Shown here in pieces: positions 40,413-54,090 of a stretch of 64,000 bases of DNA. The stretch covers positions 28,656,464 through 28,720,463 of the forward strand of contig NC_043011.1 of NCBI RefSeq assembly GCF_006345805.1, read 5' to 3'. The notes beneath the pieces are model-generated. The model was not told where the DNA came from. It did no database searches and saw only the letters and a program-made list of their open reading frames with translations. Each line of letters starts with the position of its first letter. Position 1 is the first letter of the stretch. Source of the DNA: Octopus sinensis (lineage: Eukaryota). A program made the translations under genes and the position numbers.

Positions 40413-40929
40413 GCGCGTATATGTATATATACACATATTCATTTATATGCATATATTCATGTATATGTATATGTGTGTGAGTGTGTGTGTTTGAGTGTGT
40501 GTGTGTGTATGTGTTGTGTGTGTGTGTGTGTGTTTGTGTGTGTGTGAATGCAAGTACTAATCTGTATATTATATTAAGGTAGGTATATTGTTGAAAGCCT
40601 GGTAAAATACACCATTGGTCCCGAGAATGCATCTCTTATAGACGTATAGTGTAAAACAAGACAGACTTATATTAGTAGCAGATGAAAATCGTTCTCCTTC
40701 AATAGTGGCATTGCCAAATATGTTATTCTGCTTTCTTGAGCTTCGTCATAAGGAATTATCTATTGGCACTGAATGCTGAACAAAATCGGCCGCTGTCTGG
40801 TATATAGTCAACCAGAGATTAAAAAGTCACTAATATCGCATTTAGCCGACAAGCCTAATAAAAATTCGCTATTAGCGGCGGCAGCAGTATTAGCTACATA
40901 CTTTTTATTTAACAGAATGTCACTAACCT

Positions 40930-41112
40930 TTCTTGAAGAAGTTTGTGTATAGTGTGTATTTTATGTCTCGTGTGTACTGTGTTTAGTTCTTCCTTTATAA
41001 GCATTAGCCCGGAACACGCGTGTTTGAAAAGTTGAATAACGAAAGCGTTTGCACACAAAGCGCTTACAGACTAGACGCAAAATACACAATATACGAAAAC
41101 TTTTTTCCAGAA
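40930..41112. mobile_element. Degenerate MITE-like element with ~45-bp imperfect terminal inverted repeats
   Basis: GAAGAAGTTTGTGTATAGTGTGTATTTTATGTCT versus AGACGCAAAATACACAATATACGAAAACTTTTTTC. Confidence 0.5.
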
Positions 41113-41244
41113 AAAATTCTATTAAATGAAAAATATTCTAATAATATTTCTTTTATTATTGTGACTGTATGAAGTAATTTTCACAAAAGCTTTTATATAT
41201 ATACATTTCTATTGCATTATTGTTTTCATTGAAACTCCTTCACT

Positions 41245-41579
41245 GTTCTCGTTCTGTTAACGTTTTGGCGTTCAGACGAGTGTACTGGCATTGATGTGGC
41301 ACCATTTCAAAATTTGTCTAGGTAAATGCAGCTGATGAAGACTAATCAAATTTACGTTGTCAAATGTATTTGAAGAGTTAGAAACCGGTCCTGCATTATC
41401 CGATTCTAGGTTGTCCATTTATCGAATGTTCTTCCTAGAGGTAAGACAAATTTTTTTCATGTTTGTTGCACACATACGTCTTTGCTTGTATATACGCAGT
41501 GAAGCTATTCAATAGTGTCGTATTTATATCGATTGCTATTTTCCAGTAAATATCGGTGCCTTGTTGTACCATTTATCTA

Positions 41580-41580
<1 letters not shown>
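41245..41580 (+). mobile_element. Hammerhead-containing element, copy 2
   Basis: Direct repeat of 36262-36600. Confidence 0.8.
41325..41397 (+). ncRNA. Type I hammerhead ribozyme motif, GUC cleavage predicted after 41390
   Basis: AATGCAG-CTGATGA-A-GACT...AGTT-A-GAAAC-CG-GTC^-CTGCATT; 7-bp stem I. Confidence 0.75.
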
Positions 41581-41664
<84 letters not shown>

Positions 41665-41666
<2 letters not shown>

Positions 41667-42943
41667 AGGTCATCCCATAAGTTCTGTCTGAATTTCGAAT
41701 AAAGAAAACAAGTGATCAAATGTAATATTTAATGAAATTTAATAATCAATGTACTTTCCCTGATTATCTATGACTTCCTTCCATCTATTTACAAGCTTTT
41801 TAATCCCATCAATGTAAAACTCTTGGTTTCAAAGCGAAGAACTCTGAAATGTCAGTTTCAACCTCCTCCTGGTTTGCGAAAGTTATGTCCCCAAAATGAT
41901 TCTGTAAACTACGAAACAAATGGTAATCTGAAGGAGCAAGGTCGGGAGAATAAAGTGGATGAGGAATTTTTTCCTATCCAAGCTCTTCGATCTTCTGTGA
42001 TGTGATCTTTGCAGTGTGGGGTCGCGCATTGTCCTGATGAAACATCACTCCTTTTCTATTCACTTATGCGGACCTTTTTTTTTCATCGAAGCTTGGTTCA
42101 AACGCTCTAATTGCTGACTGTAGACTTGAGCATTGATTGTTGCATTAAGTGGCAACAATTCAAAGTGAATTACTCCTTTGCAATTCCACCAGATAGAGGG
42201 AAGAACCTTTTTCCCATGAAGTTCCCTTTTCGGTTGTGGTTGAGCTTTTTTCCCTTTTACCCAGCCACTGCTTATGTCATTTAACATTTCGATAGAAGAT
42301 CCATCTTTCATCACCAGTCACAAGTCTTTCCTAAAAGGGTGAAATGAGTTTGCGAGAATGGAGAGAAGAGCAGATGTCAACTCGGGATTTCCGGTTGCTT
42401 TCGGACAATTCATGAGGAATCCATTTTCCAAGTTTAGGAACCTTTCCAAGTTGTTGAAAATGACGATGAACAGTTGTATGGTTTGAACTAAGCTGTATTA
42501 CCAATTCTTCAATTGATAATGCAGGATTTTCTTCAAGTAATGTCTCAAGGAGCTTATCATCAAACTCAACTATTCGATTTTCATCTTCAAGGCTGAAATC
42601 TCCACTTCTGAATTTTGCAAACCATCTTCTGCAAGTTCTTTCATTCAAGCATTCTTTCCTATAAACTGAGTGTATGTTTCGAATCGCTTCGGCTGCAGAG
42701 TTTCCGTTTTTGTACTCATAAAGCATTATGTGTCTCAAATGCTCTTTGGATACTTCCATGTTAGAAAGGGTTTTAATCAAAGAAATTTTAATTCTATTAA
42801 TCTGTAAAATAATATTTAATTAGTTGAAATGCACACAAATGCATAAAAATAATTTTTAATTCCATTAGACATTCTAAAATACTATTAAATTTCATTCAGT
42901 TTTAAAAAAGGTAAAATCGAACAGAACTAATGTGATGACCTGA
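41665..42943 (-). mobile_element. Full-length (~1.28 kb) mariner transposon, inactivated
   Basis: Imperfect TIRs TCAGGTCATCCCATAAGTTCTGTC and GAACAGAACTAATGTGATGACCTGA; TA on the right flank, (TA)n on the left. Confidence 0.92.
41739..42759 (-). pseudogene. Mariner (DD34D) transposase pseudogene
   Basis: MEVSKEHLRHIMLYEY, WFAKFRSGDFSLED, WIPHEL, VTGDERWIFY, HQDNARPH, YSPDLAPSDY; several stops and frameshifts. Confidence 0.93.
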
Positions 42944-45282
42944 TATATATCAAAGCTTTTATCTATTTATCACCCCCCCCCCCTTGAAAACACATCTACA
43001 CCGCCGGATGCTCCTGAACCAGTTGTTTAGTGTCCCACCCGTGAGGGATCGATGCTAGATGTATCGAAACGATTCTTGTGATTAACAATAAATTCTCGTC
43101 TTTCATTTACCATACATATATATATGTGTGTGTGTGTGTCTGTGTGCGTGTGTGTGTGTGTGTGTGTGTACTACGAACTTCCGCTAAGTTTATGTACCAA
43201 ATATACTCACAAGGCATTAGTCTGTTCGACTAATGTTGGACACTTGCCTAAGTTGCAGTGGAATGAGATTGTAAAAAAAAACCTCGTTGCTGTTAGGAAA
43301 TTTTTTTATCCCATAGCAACGCCTGAGCCTGAGGAAAAGATAAACTGATTGATCGATTTATTGCTTGATTTATTTATCTATTTATTAATTCATTTATTTA
43401 TTCATTTATTTATTTATTGAATGAACTGATTAATTTACTCACTTATTGGTTGCTCTCAGTGTTAGCTAGTTGATTCATTTAATAAATCCATAGCTAAAAA
43501 CTAGTACGTTTTTTTTTCTTTTTTCATTTGCTTCATAGGGGCAGGTTCCTATCTGGGATTTATTTAAAGTTAAGCTGATGGGTTGAATATTTTTCCAGAA
43601 TAGGTCACCTGAAAATTGTCTTCAGCTTTACTCACTGGTTGCAGTGTAGTTTCCACAGCAAACTCACAAAACATTCACTCATTAAATGAACGATACTGTC
43701 TCTGGTATTTGGTGAATTATATCATCTGCACTCCTTATTTAGAGATAGGTGAACACAGCAATTGATGTTTAAGTATTTTAGCTAGGAAGATATTTTAATG
43801 ATGACAACAAACTAAGAATCACCAACACTTCGGCTGGTAGTTTGACGCCTAATTTGCAATGCATAGACACATAAAACAGAGAATTAGATAAAGGAGATGA
43901 CGAAACTATGCTAACTTTAGAAATCATTTTGATATAAAACATTTTTGTTATATCATGTATGATAGATAATATATTCTATATGACATACGATATATAAAAT
44001 AATAAATATTGTTATAATGAATGCAAAATGTGTCTCCTAAATTTTCTCACATATTTTGTATCGACGTAATGTGAAATGGTTGTGTTGTCATAATGTCTAC
44101 ATACCTTTTCTGTGAGTATATAGAAAAGAAAATCTCCGCAACAACCTGTTGAGATTATCAAAAGTTAACGTAAATATTTTAACTTACTATCTTCTTAGAG
44201 ATTCTATGAAATCGATTCTAAATGATCGTGACATTGTCTGCTTTCAAGTGAAATCTCAGCTTTTTTTTCCTCTCTAGTTTTCTTAAGTAGTTACTCACTA
44301 TATGAACATCACAGTACATTACGGTCGTTTACTCATAACATTATCGTTAATTCTTAGATGTAAACAGTTGGTAGTGGTACTTAGCACTTTTCACTTGCAA
44401 TATTTTATTCATGGACCAGTAAAACAAATACAACCACCGGTCGTATTTAACACAATGATAAATAACTTCAAAGCCAGTCTCTGAATCAACATAGATTATT
44501 TCAAGAAATATAATGCGAGCCAGTCTGAACACCGAGTCTCCTTTGGTATGATATATTCATTTCTGACAAGACCACAAATTTTAAGAACTGAGAGAACCGA
44601 TTAAACCCATCGACTCCAATTCACGACTGATATTTATTTCATGATCCAGATAAAAAGCAGAGTTATCCCCATCAAGAGTAGAACGCAGGCCGTAATAGGA
44701 AGTGGCCGTAATAGGAAGTTGCTATCCAACTGACTCTGTGTTAAAAATTATTGATTTTAAAATTTAGAACAAAATCGAAAATTTTGAGGAACAATTTTAT
44801 TGGTCCTGAAAATATGAAGAGCAAAGTTGTGCGCAGTGACGCGTGTTCGGTGTTTTTACTGTTTGTCAATCGCCGTGCTGTCTTTCATAGATAGTTAATG
44901 ATAGGCGCAAGCATTGCTGCGTGGTTAAGAATCTCGCTTTGTAACCACGTGGTTCCAAGTTCAGTTCCATTGCGCAGCACCTTGGATAAGTGTCTTCTAC
45001 TATAGCGTCCGCCGTCCATTGCCTTGCGAGGAATTTGTTAGACGGAAAAGGTGTGGATGTCCGTCGTACATATGCACAACACACACCACACCACACACAC
45101 ACACACACACATATATATTATATATATATATATATATAATATATATAACATACATACATACACATACACACATATATATATATATACAATATATATATTT
45201 ATATATAATACAGACATGCAAACATAATACATGCATATATACATGCATACATACACACACACAATATATATATATATATATA

Positions 45283-45320
<38 letters not shown>

Positions 45321-45322
45321 TA

Positions 45323-45750
45323 TACTAGCAGTATCGCCCGGCGTTGCTCAGGTTTGTAAGGGAAATAACTATAAAGCATTTTTAGAGAGTTATAGCCAAA
45401 AAACAGCACAAAAAAAATGGGAAAAAAATGATGGTAATTTTTTTTTGAGATTTAAAAAAGGTGGAATTGCGTCCCCTACACAGTTGTGGTTTGTGTTCCT
45501 GATTCTCGACCCCATGTCGAATTTATCGATTTTTTCAGAACTGGGGGAACTTTCAAAATTTTCGCTGCGTTAGTTTTGAATTATGACATTGGGTATGTGT
45601 GGTCTAGTTTTCATCAGAATCGGTTGAAAGCCTGGTCAGAAACATCCAAGCAAACAACCGAACACAACAAAAAAAATACAAACCAGGGGAGGTACAAGCA
45701 AACAGACCAACAGAAACAAGCACAGACACAAACTGCCGTTATATATAGAT
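45323..45750 (+). mobile_element. Non-autonomous Helitron/Helentron-like (HINE) element
   Basis: 5' TATACTAGCAGTATCGCCCGGCGTTGCTC and 3' TAGTTTTCATCAGAATCGGTTG..CAAACAAC pattern. Confidence 0.6.
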
Positions 45751-45794
45751 ATATATATATATATATAATATATATATATATAGATATTCGTTTA

Positions 45795-46028
45795 TTCTTT
45801 TACTTGTTTCTGTCATTTGACTGCACCCATGCTGGTGCACCGCCTTTAGTCGAACAAACCGACCCCAGGACTTATTCTTTGTAAGCCTAGTACTTATTCT
45901 ATCGGTTCTTTTGTCGAACCGCTAACTACGGGACGTAAACACACCAACATCGTTGTCAAGCGATGGTGAGGGATAAACACAGACACACAAATACGTACAT
46001 ACATGCATACATACATACATACATACAT

Positions 46029-46066
<38 letters not shown>

Positions 46067-46078
46067 TCACACACACAC

Positions 46079-46116
<38 letters not shown>

Positions 46117-46275
46117 TATGTATACGACGGGCTTCTTTCAGTTTCCGCTTACCAAATCCACTCACAGGGTTTTGGTCAGCCCGACGCTATAGTAGAAGAC
46201 ACTTTCCAAAGGTGCCATGCAGTGGGACTGAACCAGAACTATGTGGTTGGGAAGCAAGCTTCTTATCACACAGCC
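45795..46275 (-). mobile_element. SINE1 with expanded internal microsatellite
   Basis: Full reverse-complement unit. Confidence 0.88.
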
Positions 46276-46544
46276 ATTCATATATCTTTCTGTTTGTGTT
46301 TCCCCTCTTCTCCGCTTGACAACTGCTGCTGGTTTGTTTACAACCCCATAACTTAGTAGTTCGGCAAAAGAACCGATAGAATAAGTACTAAACTTTAAAA
46401 AATAAATACTTGGGTCGATTTGTTCGACTAAGATCCTTCAAGGAGGTGCCCCAGCTATTTTCTCTAGCAGTCTTAATTCTAAAGAAAATTCAATAAGTTT
46501 CGTTAAAGCATTTTCTTAACTGATCCTTTTCTACTCGAGGCAAA

Positions 46545-46910
46545 TGGCCCGAAATTTTGGGGGAAGGAGCCAGTCGATTAGATCAACCCCATTATGCAAC
46601 TGATACTTAATTTATTGACCCCGAAAGGATGAAAGACAAAGTCAACCTCGGCAGAATTTGAACTCAGGGCTTAATGACAGACGAAATACCTATTTCTTTA
46701 CTACCTACAAGGGGCTAAACACAGAGAGGACAAACAAGGACAGACAAATGGATTAAGTGGATTATATCTACCCCAGTGCGTAACTGGTACTTATATAATC
46801 GACCCCGAAAGGATGAAAGGCAAGTCGACCTCGACGGAATGTGAACTCAGAACGTAGCGGCAGACGAAATACCGATAAGCATTTCGCCTGTGTGCTAACG
46901 CTTCTGCCAT
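46545..46910 (-). mobile_element. SINE2, dimer-like copy
   Basis: Two successive GGTATTTCGTCTG...TTTCATCCTTTCGGGGTC units. Confidence 0.75.
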
Positions 46911-48136
46911 TCTCTTAACTGATTGTTCTACGAATAAATAAATCCAGCAGATAATGTCTGTGTTTCGGAAGAATATAATTCTAACATTGTCAGGCAAGGC
47001 CCTTCCTCGGATAACTAATATAATGAGTGGAAACTGAAGGAGAGCAGGGATCTCGAGAATAGACCCTATTTTTATATTACAAACTTACTTATTTCTGATA
47101 AAGAAACCTTCTCGAAATATTGGAATTCTGGTACTTTGACAAAATAGTAATATATTGGCTTGAGTAAATCAACTACGTATCAGGCTAAAAACTTGCGTAA
47201 AGAAAATAAAGAATCTGGTGTAAAGAAAATATTCGATTCTTACGGGTTTTGGGGGATTTTACGGACGATATTATAATAACATTGAAAAAATGATTGAACG
47301 CCTTCTGGCATTTTGCTAGAAGTCGCAAGACTAATTTGATTTTCTTACACGTTATTCGAGCTGTGTCTTTCGATCACAGTTTACATGATTCACTTATCAT
47401 TCTTTTTCGTCTGTCTCTTCACGAGCAGTTAAGTGGCTATATCTGAATGAGTGAAACGTAGGTATAATCATCACTCTTAAACTGACTGAACATGTCACTG
47501 ATGACATATCCTCGTTATAAAAGGAATGCTTTTTTACTCAAGGCATCGATGCTGCTCTATACACTAACAAAGCAAATTAATGCGGCTGTTATCAATATTT
47601 CAGTTCACCTACTTGTCAAGAAGAACCGAATGCCGAGAGAAATAGACCATCGCTGTAGACCATGCTAACTCTACAGTTATGAATAATTCATAAGATTCGA
47701 GTATCTTATGAATAATTCATAAGATTGCAGTTTTAAGTTGAACTTCTCCTCTAGAAAAGTTATCAGGGAAGATAATACAGATCTCTGTCCAGATGGAATC
47801 AACGATAAAAAGTGACCCTGTGGGCATCAAAACTCATGAAACTCAGAAACCAAGTTTTCATGTGCTTCCTTAGCCTGTAACAGTAGAACTATCTCACTAA
47901 AATCTAATATTATTACCTTAAAATGTCGACGTATTAGATAGTGTAGGCCTGAGATTAAAAAAAGTTTACTTATGGTTGGAAAGCATTTCATTTTAGGTAC
48001 GTTGGCCTGAGGTGAGACAGCAACAGATCTTCATTTTGGAACAAATTGCCATAACTTTATGAAAGTGGAGATTTGATGAAAATCGATAGCCTGTAAATGA
48101 CAACAGGCTTTCGTTGAAAGGTTGAATGATGTTGGA

Positions 48137-48530
48137 GGCGCAGGAGTGTCTGTGTGATAAGTAGCTTGCTTACCAACCACATGTTTCCGGGTTCAGTCAC
48201 ACTGCGTGACAGCTTGGGCAAGTGTCTTCTACTATAGCCTCGGGCCGACCAAAGCCTTTTGAGTGGATGTGGTCGACGGAAACTGAAAGAAGCCCGTCGT
48301 GTATATGTATATATATGTGTGTGTTTGTGTGTCTGTGTTTGTCCCCCCAACATCGCTTGACAACCGATGCTGGTGTGTTTACGTCCCGTAACTTAGTGGT
48401 TCGGCAAAATAGACCGATAGAATAAGTACTAGGCTTACAAAGAATAAGTCCTGGGGTCGATTTGCTCGACTAAAGGCGGTGCTCTAGCATGGCCGCAGTC
48501 AAATGACTGAAACAAGTAAAAGATTAAAAG
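48137..48530 (+). mobile_element. SINE1, full length
   Basis: GGCGCAGGAGTG head to GACTGAAACAAGTAAAAGA tail. Confidence 0.92.
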
Positions 48531-49044
48531 AATGAACAGAATCATCAAGCATTGAACGAAATATTTTGGAGATGTTTAGTTATGGCCCTATACATTCTGA
48601 GTTCAAATCCGATTGAGCCTATGTTTGCTTCTCATTTTACCGAATCTGAGATAAAATAAAGCACCTGTCGTGTACTGGGGTCCATTTATTTGTCTATGCC
48701 ATTATTTCTCATTGGTGGTGGTATTCTGTGGATTGAAGAGCGCTTAGACAAATTGCCATACTAAAAACATGTTTTACATCTTTCAACTTGTCCAATCCAC
48801 GTCCACATTCCATTACTTCGATTATCTTAACAGTTCTAAGTCATCTATATTTCCTCCTGTACTTTTAATTGAAATAAGTAAAAATATTTGAATAGTAATC
48901 TAGTACAACCACATCGATCTGTTCGGCCACCGAGAGTCTGTGAAGACCATCGGACCAATCCTTTTCTGCCGAACCCATTTTATGATAGAATAATTTTTTT
49001 TTCTCGCGGTAATAGAATAAATTTTATTATACTTCATACAAGAA

Positions 49045-49270
49045 GGCGCGTGGCTTAGAATGTCAGCGTCATGATCGTAAGATTGTGGTTTCGATTCCTG
49101 GACCGGGTGACGCGTTGTATTCTTGAGCAAAACACTTCATTTCACATTGCTCCAGTCCACTTAGCTGGCAAAAGATTAGTAACGCTGCGATGGACTGGCG
49201 TCTCGTCCAGCAGAGGGACACATACGCCATTGAAACCGGATCCACGAGCCTGGCTAGGCTTTAAAAGGGT
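49045..49270 (+). mobile_element. tRNA-derived SINE with a SINE4-like head and a different tail
   Basis: GGCGCGTGGCTTAG...GTTTCGATTCC...CACATTGCTCCAGTCCACT, then unrelated 3' sequence. Confidence 0.65.
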
Positions 49271-49915
49271 GCATTTACTTTTATATTTCATACAAAGATG
49301 GCGCGCTGGCTATAGTGGAAAAGACTTGGTCGTTAACTCGACGGACAAACATCTTAGCAGCATTTCTTCCGGTTTTACGTTCTGAGTTCAAATTCCACCG
49401 AGGCTGACTTCCACTTTCGGTGTCGATAAAATAAGTACCAGTTGAGTACTGGGGTTGATACAATCGACTAGACCCCTGCTCTAAAATTTCAGGCTTTGTG
49501 CTTATAGTAGAAAGGATAGATAGATATATATATATAATGTATACATACATATGTACAGACATAAGCGTGTGTGTGAATGTTTTTGTTTGTGAATTTGTGA
49601 AACTGGCCTTAAGAGCCTTTTGTTCATAAGGGCCAGTCTCCCCGGATTCTGTGGCGTATATATTTACCCTTTATACAGGGCGCCGCCTGTCACATGTTTA
49701 CTCATTTTTGCAAGCTGAGTGAACTGTAGCAAGGTAAATCCAGCGCATCACCCGGTCTAGGAATCGAAATCACGATTTTAAAATCATGACTGCAACACCC
49801 TAACCACTAAGGCGTGCGCCTTAACTTATACATATATAAGTGTATATATATCATAAACACATATATAACATATATATATATATATTATATATATATATAT
49901 ATTATATATGTGTGT

Positions 49916-49949
<34 letters not shown>

Positions 49950-49989
49950 TACAGTATATTATATATATATATATATATACATACATATA

Positions 49990-50022
<33 letters not shown>

Positions 50023-50205
50023 CATACATACATACATAATAAATATATATATATATATTATATAATCTGTATGTATACAATATGCGTATTGTAAAAATAA
50101 ACATATATATATATGCATGTGCACTAAAAACTTATTGTATACATATGTATATATATTGTATATAAGTATATATATGTGTGTGTGTGTAAAAATATAATGT
50201 ACGCG

Positions 50206-50266
<61 letters not shown>

Positions 50267-50822
50267 CTATGCACGTATGTATATATAAATATACACATAT
50301 AGTTGTATATTTAGACATATAAACGAACACACACGCAGACACAAGTGAAGAATAAATAAATAAATAAATAAATAAATACATAAATAAATAAATTATTAAA
50401 TAAATAAATAAATAAATACACATGTGAGCATGTGTCTTTCTTGCGAATACAATAGTAAATAAATCATATTAGAAAAGACATAACTTCACTTTGATTATAA
50501 TAATGTCTGCTACTTTCCATTCCGATTATATATGTTACTTAGCTAGACATAAAGCTTGAGATTAACAGACAGCTGTAGAAATAGGAAAGTTGAGCTGTTA
50601 AATAAAATTACTACATTTTACAAAATGGACGATCAATGCAAGACACGATAAAGCATCAGACAGCAATTGGTTGCAGTTTTTTAGATTTTGTTGTGTCTAT
50701 TTTCGCTCTCAGAACGTATCCGTTGTTCCTAAGAGATCATACATGCATATACACATACATAGATACATACATACACAGAAAGATATTTACACACAACACC
50801 CATATATATATACCATATATAT

Positions 50823-50867
<45 letters not shown>

Positions 50868-51101
50868 TATATATATACATATATATTTACACCTATATAC
50901 ATTTATGTATATATATATATATGGTGTATGTATATACATATATACATACATATAAATATATACACATATATGTATATGTATATACATATTAGAAAAAAAT
51001 AAGGTAATACGTATACACATATAAATACATATAAATATATACATATATGTGTATGTGTGCACATGTATGCATGCATGCATGCATGTATGTATGTATGTAT
51101 G

Positions 51102-51132
<31 letters not shown>

Positions 51133-51493
51133 CGTTTTGAATTAAGTTAAGAGGCAGTGCGATTTTGAGAATTCGCCAAATGAACCAACGTGATCTTGAA
51201 CTGCCTCTTTAAATATATTTCGTTCTACATCCAGTTTTGCGACCTTTAAGACAGCAAGCGCATGTGCATCATGGCAAGTTCGATACATATGTCTGTGTGG
51301 ATATATATATGCATATATGTATATACACATACATTTATATGTGTATGTGTGTGTGCGTTAGTAGTTATATGTATATATATATTATATATATATATAATAA
51401 TAATATATATATATATATATATATATTCTATATATATCATATGTATGTATATATATAATACATAACATCTATCTATCTATAGATAGACGGTAG

Positions 51494-51526
<33 letters not shown>

Positions 51527-51529
51527 TAC

Positions 51530-51540
51530 TACATAGATGC

Positions 51541-51632
<92 letters not shown>

Positions 51633-51640
51633 ATAGATTG
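51530..51640. repeat. (GATA)n microsatellite
   Basis: Read directly; complementary (TCTA)n/(CCTA)n array at 61085-61335. Confidence 0.95.
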
Positions 51641-52321
51641 ATGTACGTATATATATCGAACTTATATGTACATACATAGACTTGAGGAAGTATTTAGATG
51701 CAAGACAAAATGAGAAAAATTGTACATGAATAGCAAAGAAATACAGTAAATTGTTTTACTGAAGCGAGAAAAACTTCAGAAACTTCACAGACAGTTGTGA
51801 TAATGTACAGTAGTAGAAAAATTTATATAAACTGTGAGTATACATAATGCTTACGGATACCAATTTTGAAATAACGGTGTAAAGTAGTATTAAGGGCGGG
51901 TTGGCCGTAACGGGAAAGATGTATAAAAAATAGTTGAATGGAAAAAATTATATAAAAAATACTTACAGAAACAATATACTGTTGGTACGCGTGAAAAACT
52001 AAACAGAATAAGAGAGATTATATTAAGAATAAAAAATTGCAAACAGTCAAAGAAGAATATAACAATTCTTAAAATTAAAATTAAAATTGAAATTAAAACT
52101 TATAGTTGAGATTAAAATAAGGAAACATGAAAAATACAATAGAGAAAGAATAGGACAACACAAGAAAGAAGAATAGAAGAAAGGCTCGGCCAAAGTCAAA
52201 GACAATGAGCAATAAAGACAGAACAGGTGAAAGAGGAGAGATGAGAGAGGATAATTTGCCATCAAGGCGATAGGGTGGGAGAAGGGTTAAAGTAGAACGT
52301 TATATACATACATATTTATAT

Positions 52322-52660
52322 ATAATAAATTAATAAATAAAATAAAACATATGCATATAAACATACATATATGTACGTACCTACCTCTACATGTATATAT
52401 ACATGCATATATGGGTACAGGACACCAAAAAACATTTTTCTTAAACAACGAAAAAATAGAGTACAGGACATAAAATACAAGGAAAATTACCCTTCTTCAG
52501 TCGCCTTTGTTTAATTTACTCCGCGTTTTCGAAGGTCGTTCGACGTTTTTTCGGTGTCCTGTACCCATATATGCATGTATATATACATGTAGAGGTAGGT
52601 ACGTACATATATGTATGTATATATGCATATGTTTTATTTTATTTATCAATTTATTATATG
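52322..52660. repeat. Foldback element with ~110-bp inverted arms
   Basis: ...CATGCATATATGGGTACAGGACACC at ~52400-52426 versus GGTGTCCTGTACCCATATATGCATG at ~52553-52577. Confidence 0.85.
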
Positions 52661-52700
52661 ACGGAACGCACGCATCTATTTCTAAGTAAGATTGTTCTCA

Positions 52701-52744
<44 letters not shown>

Positions 52745-53218
52745 CTTTTGTTCTTTGGCTCTTTTATTCTTTTATTTGTTTCAGTCGTTTGACTGCGGTC
52801 ATGCTGGAGCACCACATTTGAATGGGATTATTCTAGTCGAACAAATCGACTCCAGGATTTTTTTCTGCTATTCTATCGGTCTCTTTGGCAGACCGCTATG
52901 TTATGGACTATGAACACACTCAACAACATCGTGGGAGTCGTTGGGTTGTTTTGGCGCATTCGTAAGCTTTGAAAACAGTTCATTGTGGTATGTAGGTTAA
53001 GGTTCAGTGAACGGGAAACATCGGCACAAAGACACACGCAAACATATATATATGTGTGTGTGTGTATACCCGACGGGCTTCTTTCAGTTTCCGTCTACCA
53101 AATCCACTCACAGGGCTTTGGTCGGTGTATAGGCATGCACGCATGTATACGCATGTATACGTATGTACACATATGCATACGCACATACTTATATGCACAC
53201 ATACATACATACATACAT

Positions 53219-53252
<34 letters not shown>

Positions 53253-53262
53253 CATACATACA

Positions 53263-53293
<31 letters not shown>

Positions 53294-53506
53294 CATGAAC
53301 TAACTGTTACTTTCTCAGATACAGCACGAAATTTTATCTGTGAACAGATTGCGGTCTCAAAGCGACGAAAATATTTTGACAAATTAAATTTAAATGTTGA
53401 AGTGAATCTAACGGTTTTTGTGTGGTTTAAATGGCTTTATAAACACCTTCCACGCTGCAATTGTGTATGTATACAATAGATATATATATATATATATTAT
53501 ATATAT

Positions 53507-53567
<61 letters not shown>

Positions 53568-53720
53568 TATATATATAAGAAATTAAAAAGGAAAATACGC
53601 ACACTTACATGTTTTTAATATGATTTTAATATATCGACGGTTTCGCTATCGCGTATTCATGATATTATGTTTAATTTATTTGAATATATATTTTTTCTTA
53701 AGAACAGACACACAACACAA

Positions 53721-53780
<60 letters not shown>

Positions 53781-53806
53781 GATATATATATATATATATA
53801 TATATA

Positions 53807-54090
53807 TGGAGTTGCAATAGCCAGTGGTTTAGGGCAGGCGGACTCGCGGTTGTAGGATCGCGGTTTCGATTCCCAGACTGGGCGTTGTGAGTGTTTATTA
53901 AGTGAAAACACTTAAATCTCCACGAGTCTCCGGCAGGGGGCAGCAGGTGATACCTGCTGTACTCTTTCACCACAACTTTCTCTCATTCAATCTTCTGTTG
54001 GCGTCATTTGAAAGCTAAAGCAATACGAAGCGCATTGTGATCAGCAATGTGTAGCAACATCTTATCGGTCACGGTGATCACGGTGATATA
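53807..54090 (+). mobile_element. SINE3 5' part joined to a SINE5-type RTE-like tail
   Basis: SINE3 head and body to ~53990, then GGCGTCATTTGAAAGCT...GGTCACGGTGATCACGGTGAT. Confidence 0.7.

Noticed and set aside
52470-52545. CTGAAGA and GAAAAC segments inside the foldback, resembling a permuted hammerhead
   Set aside because: No stem I can be formed.
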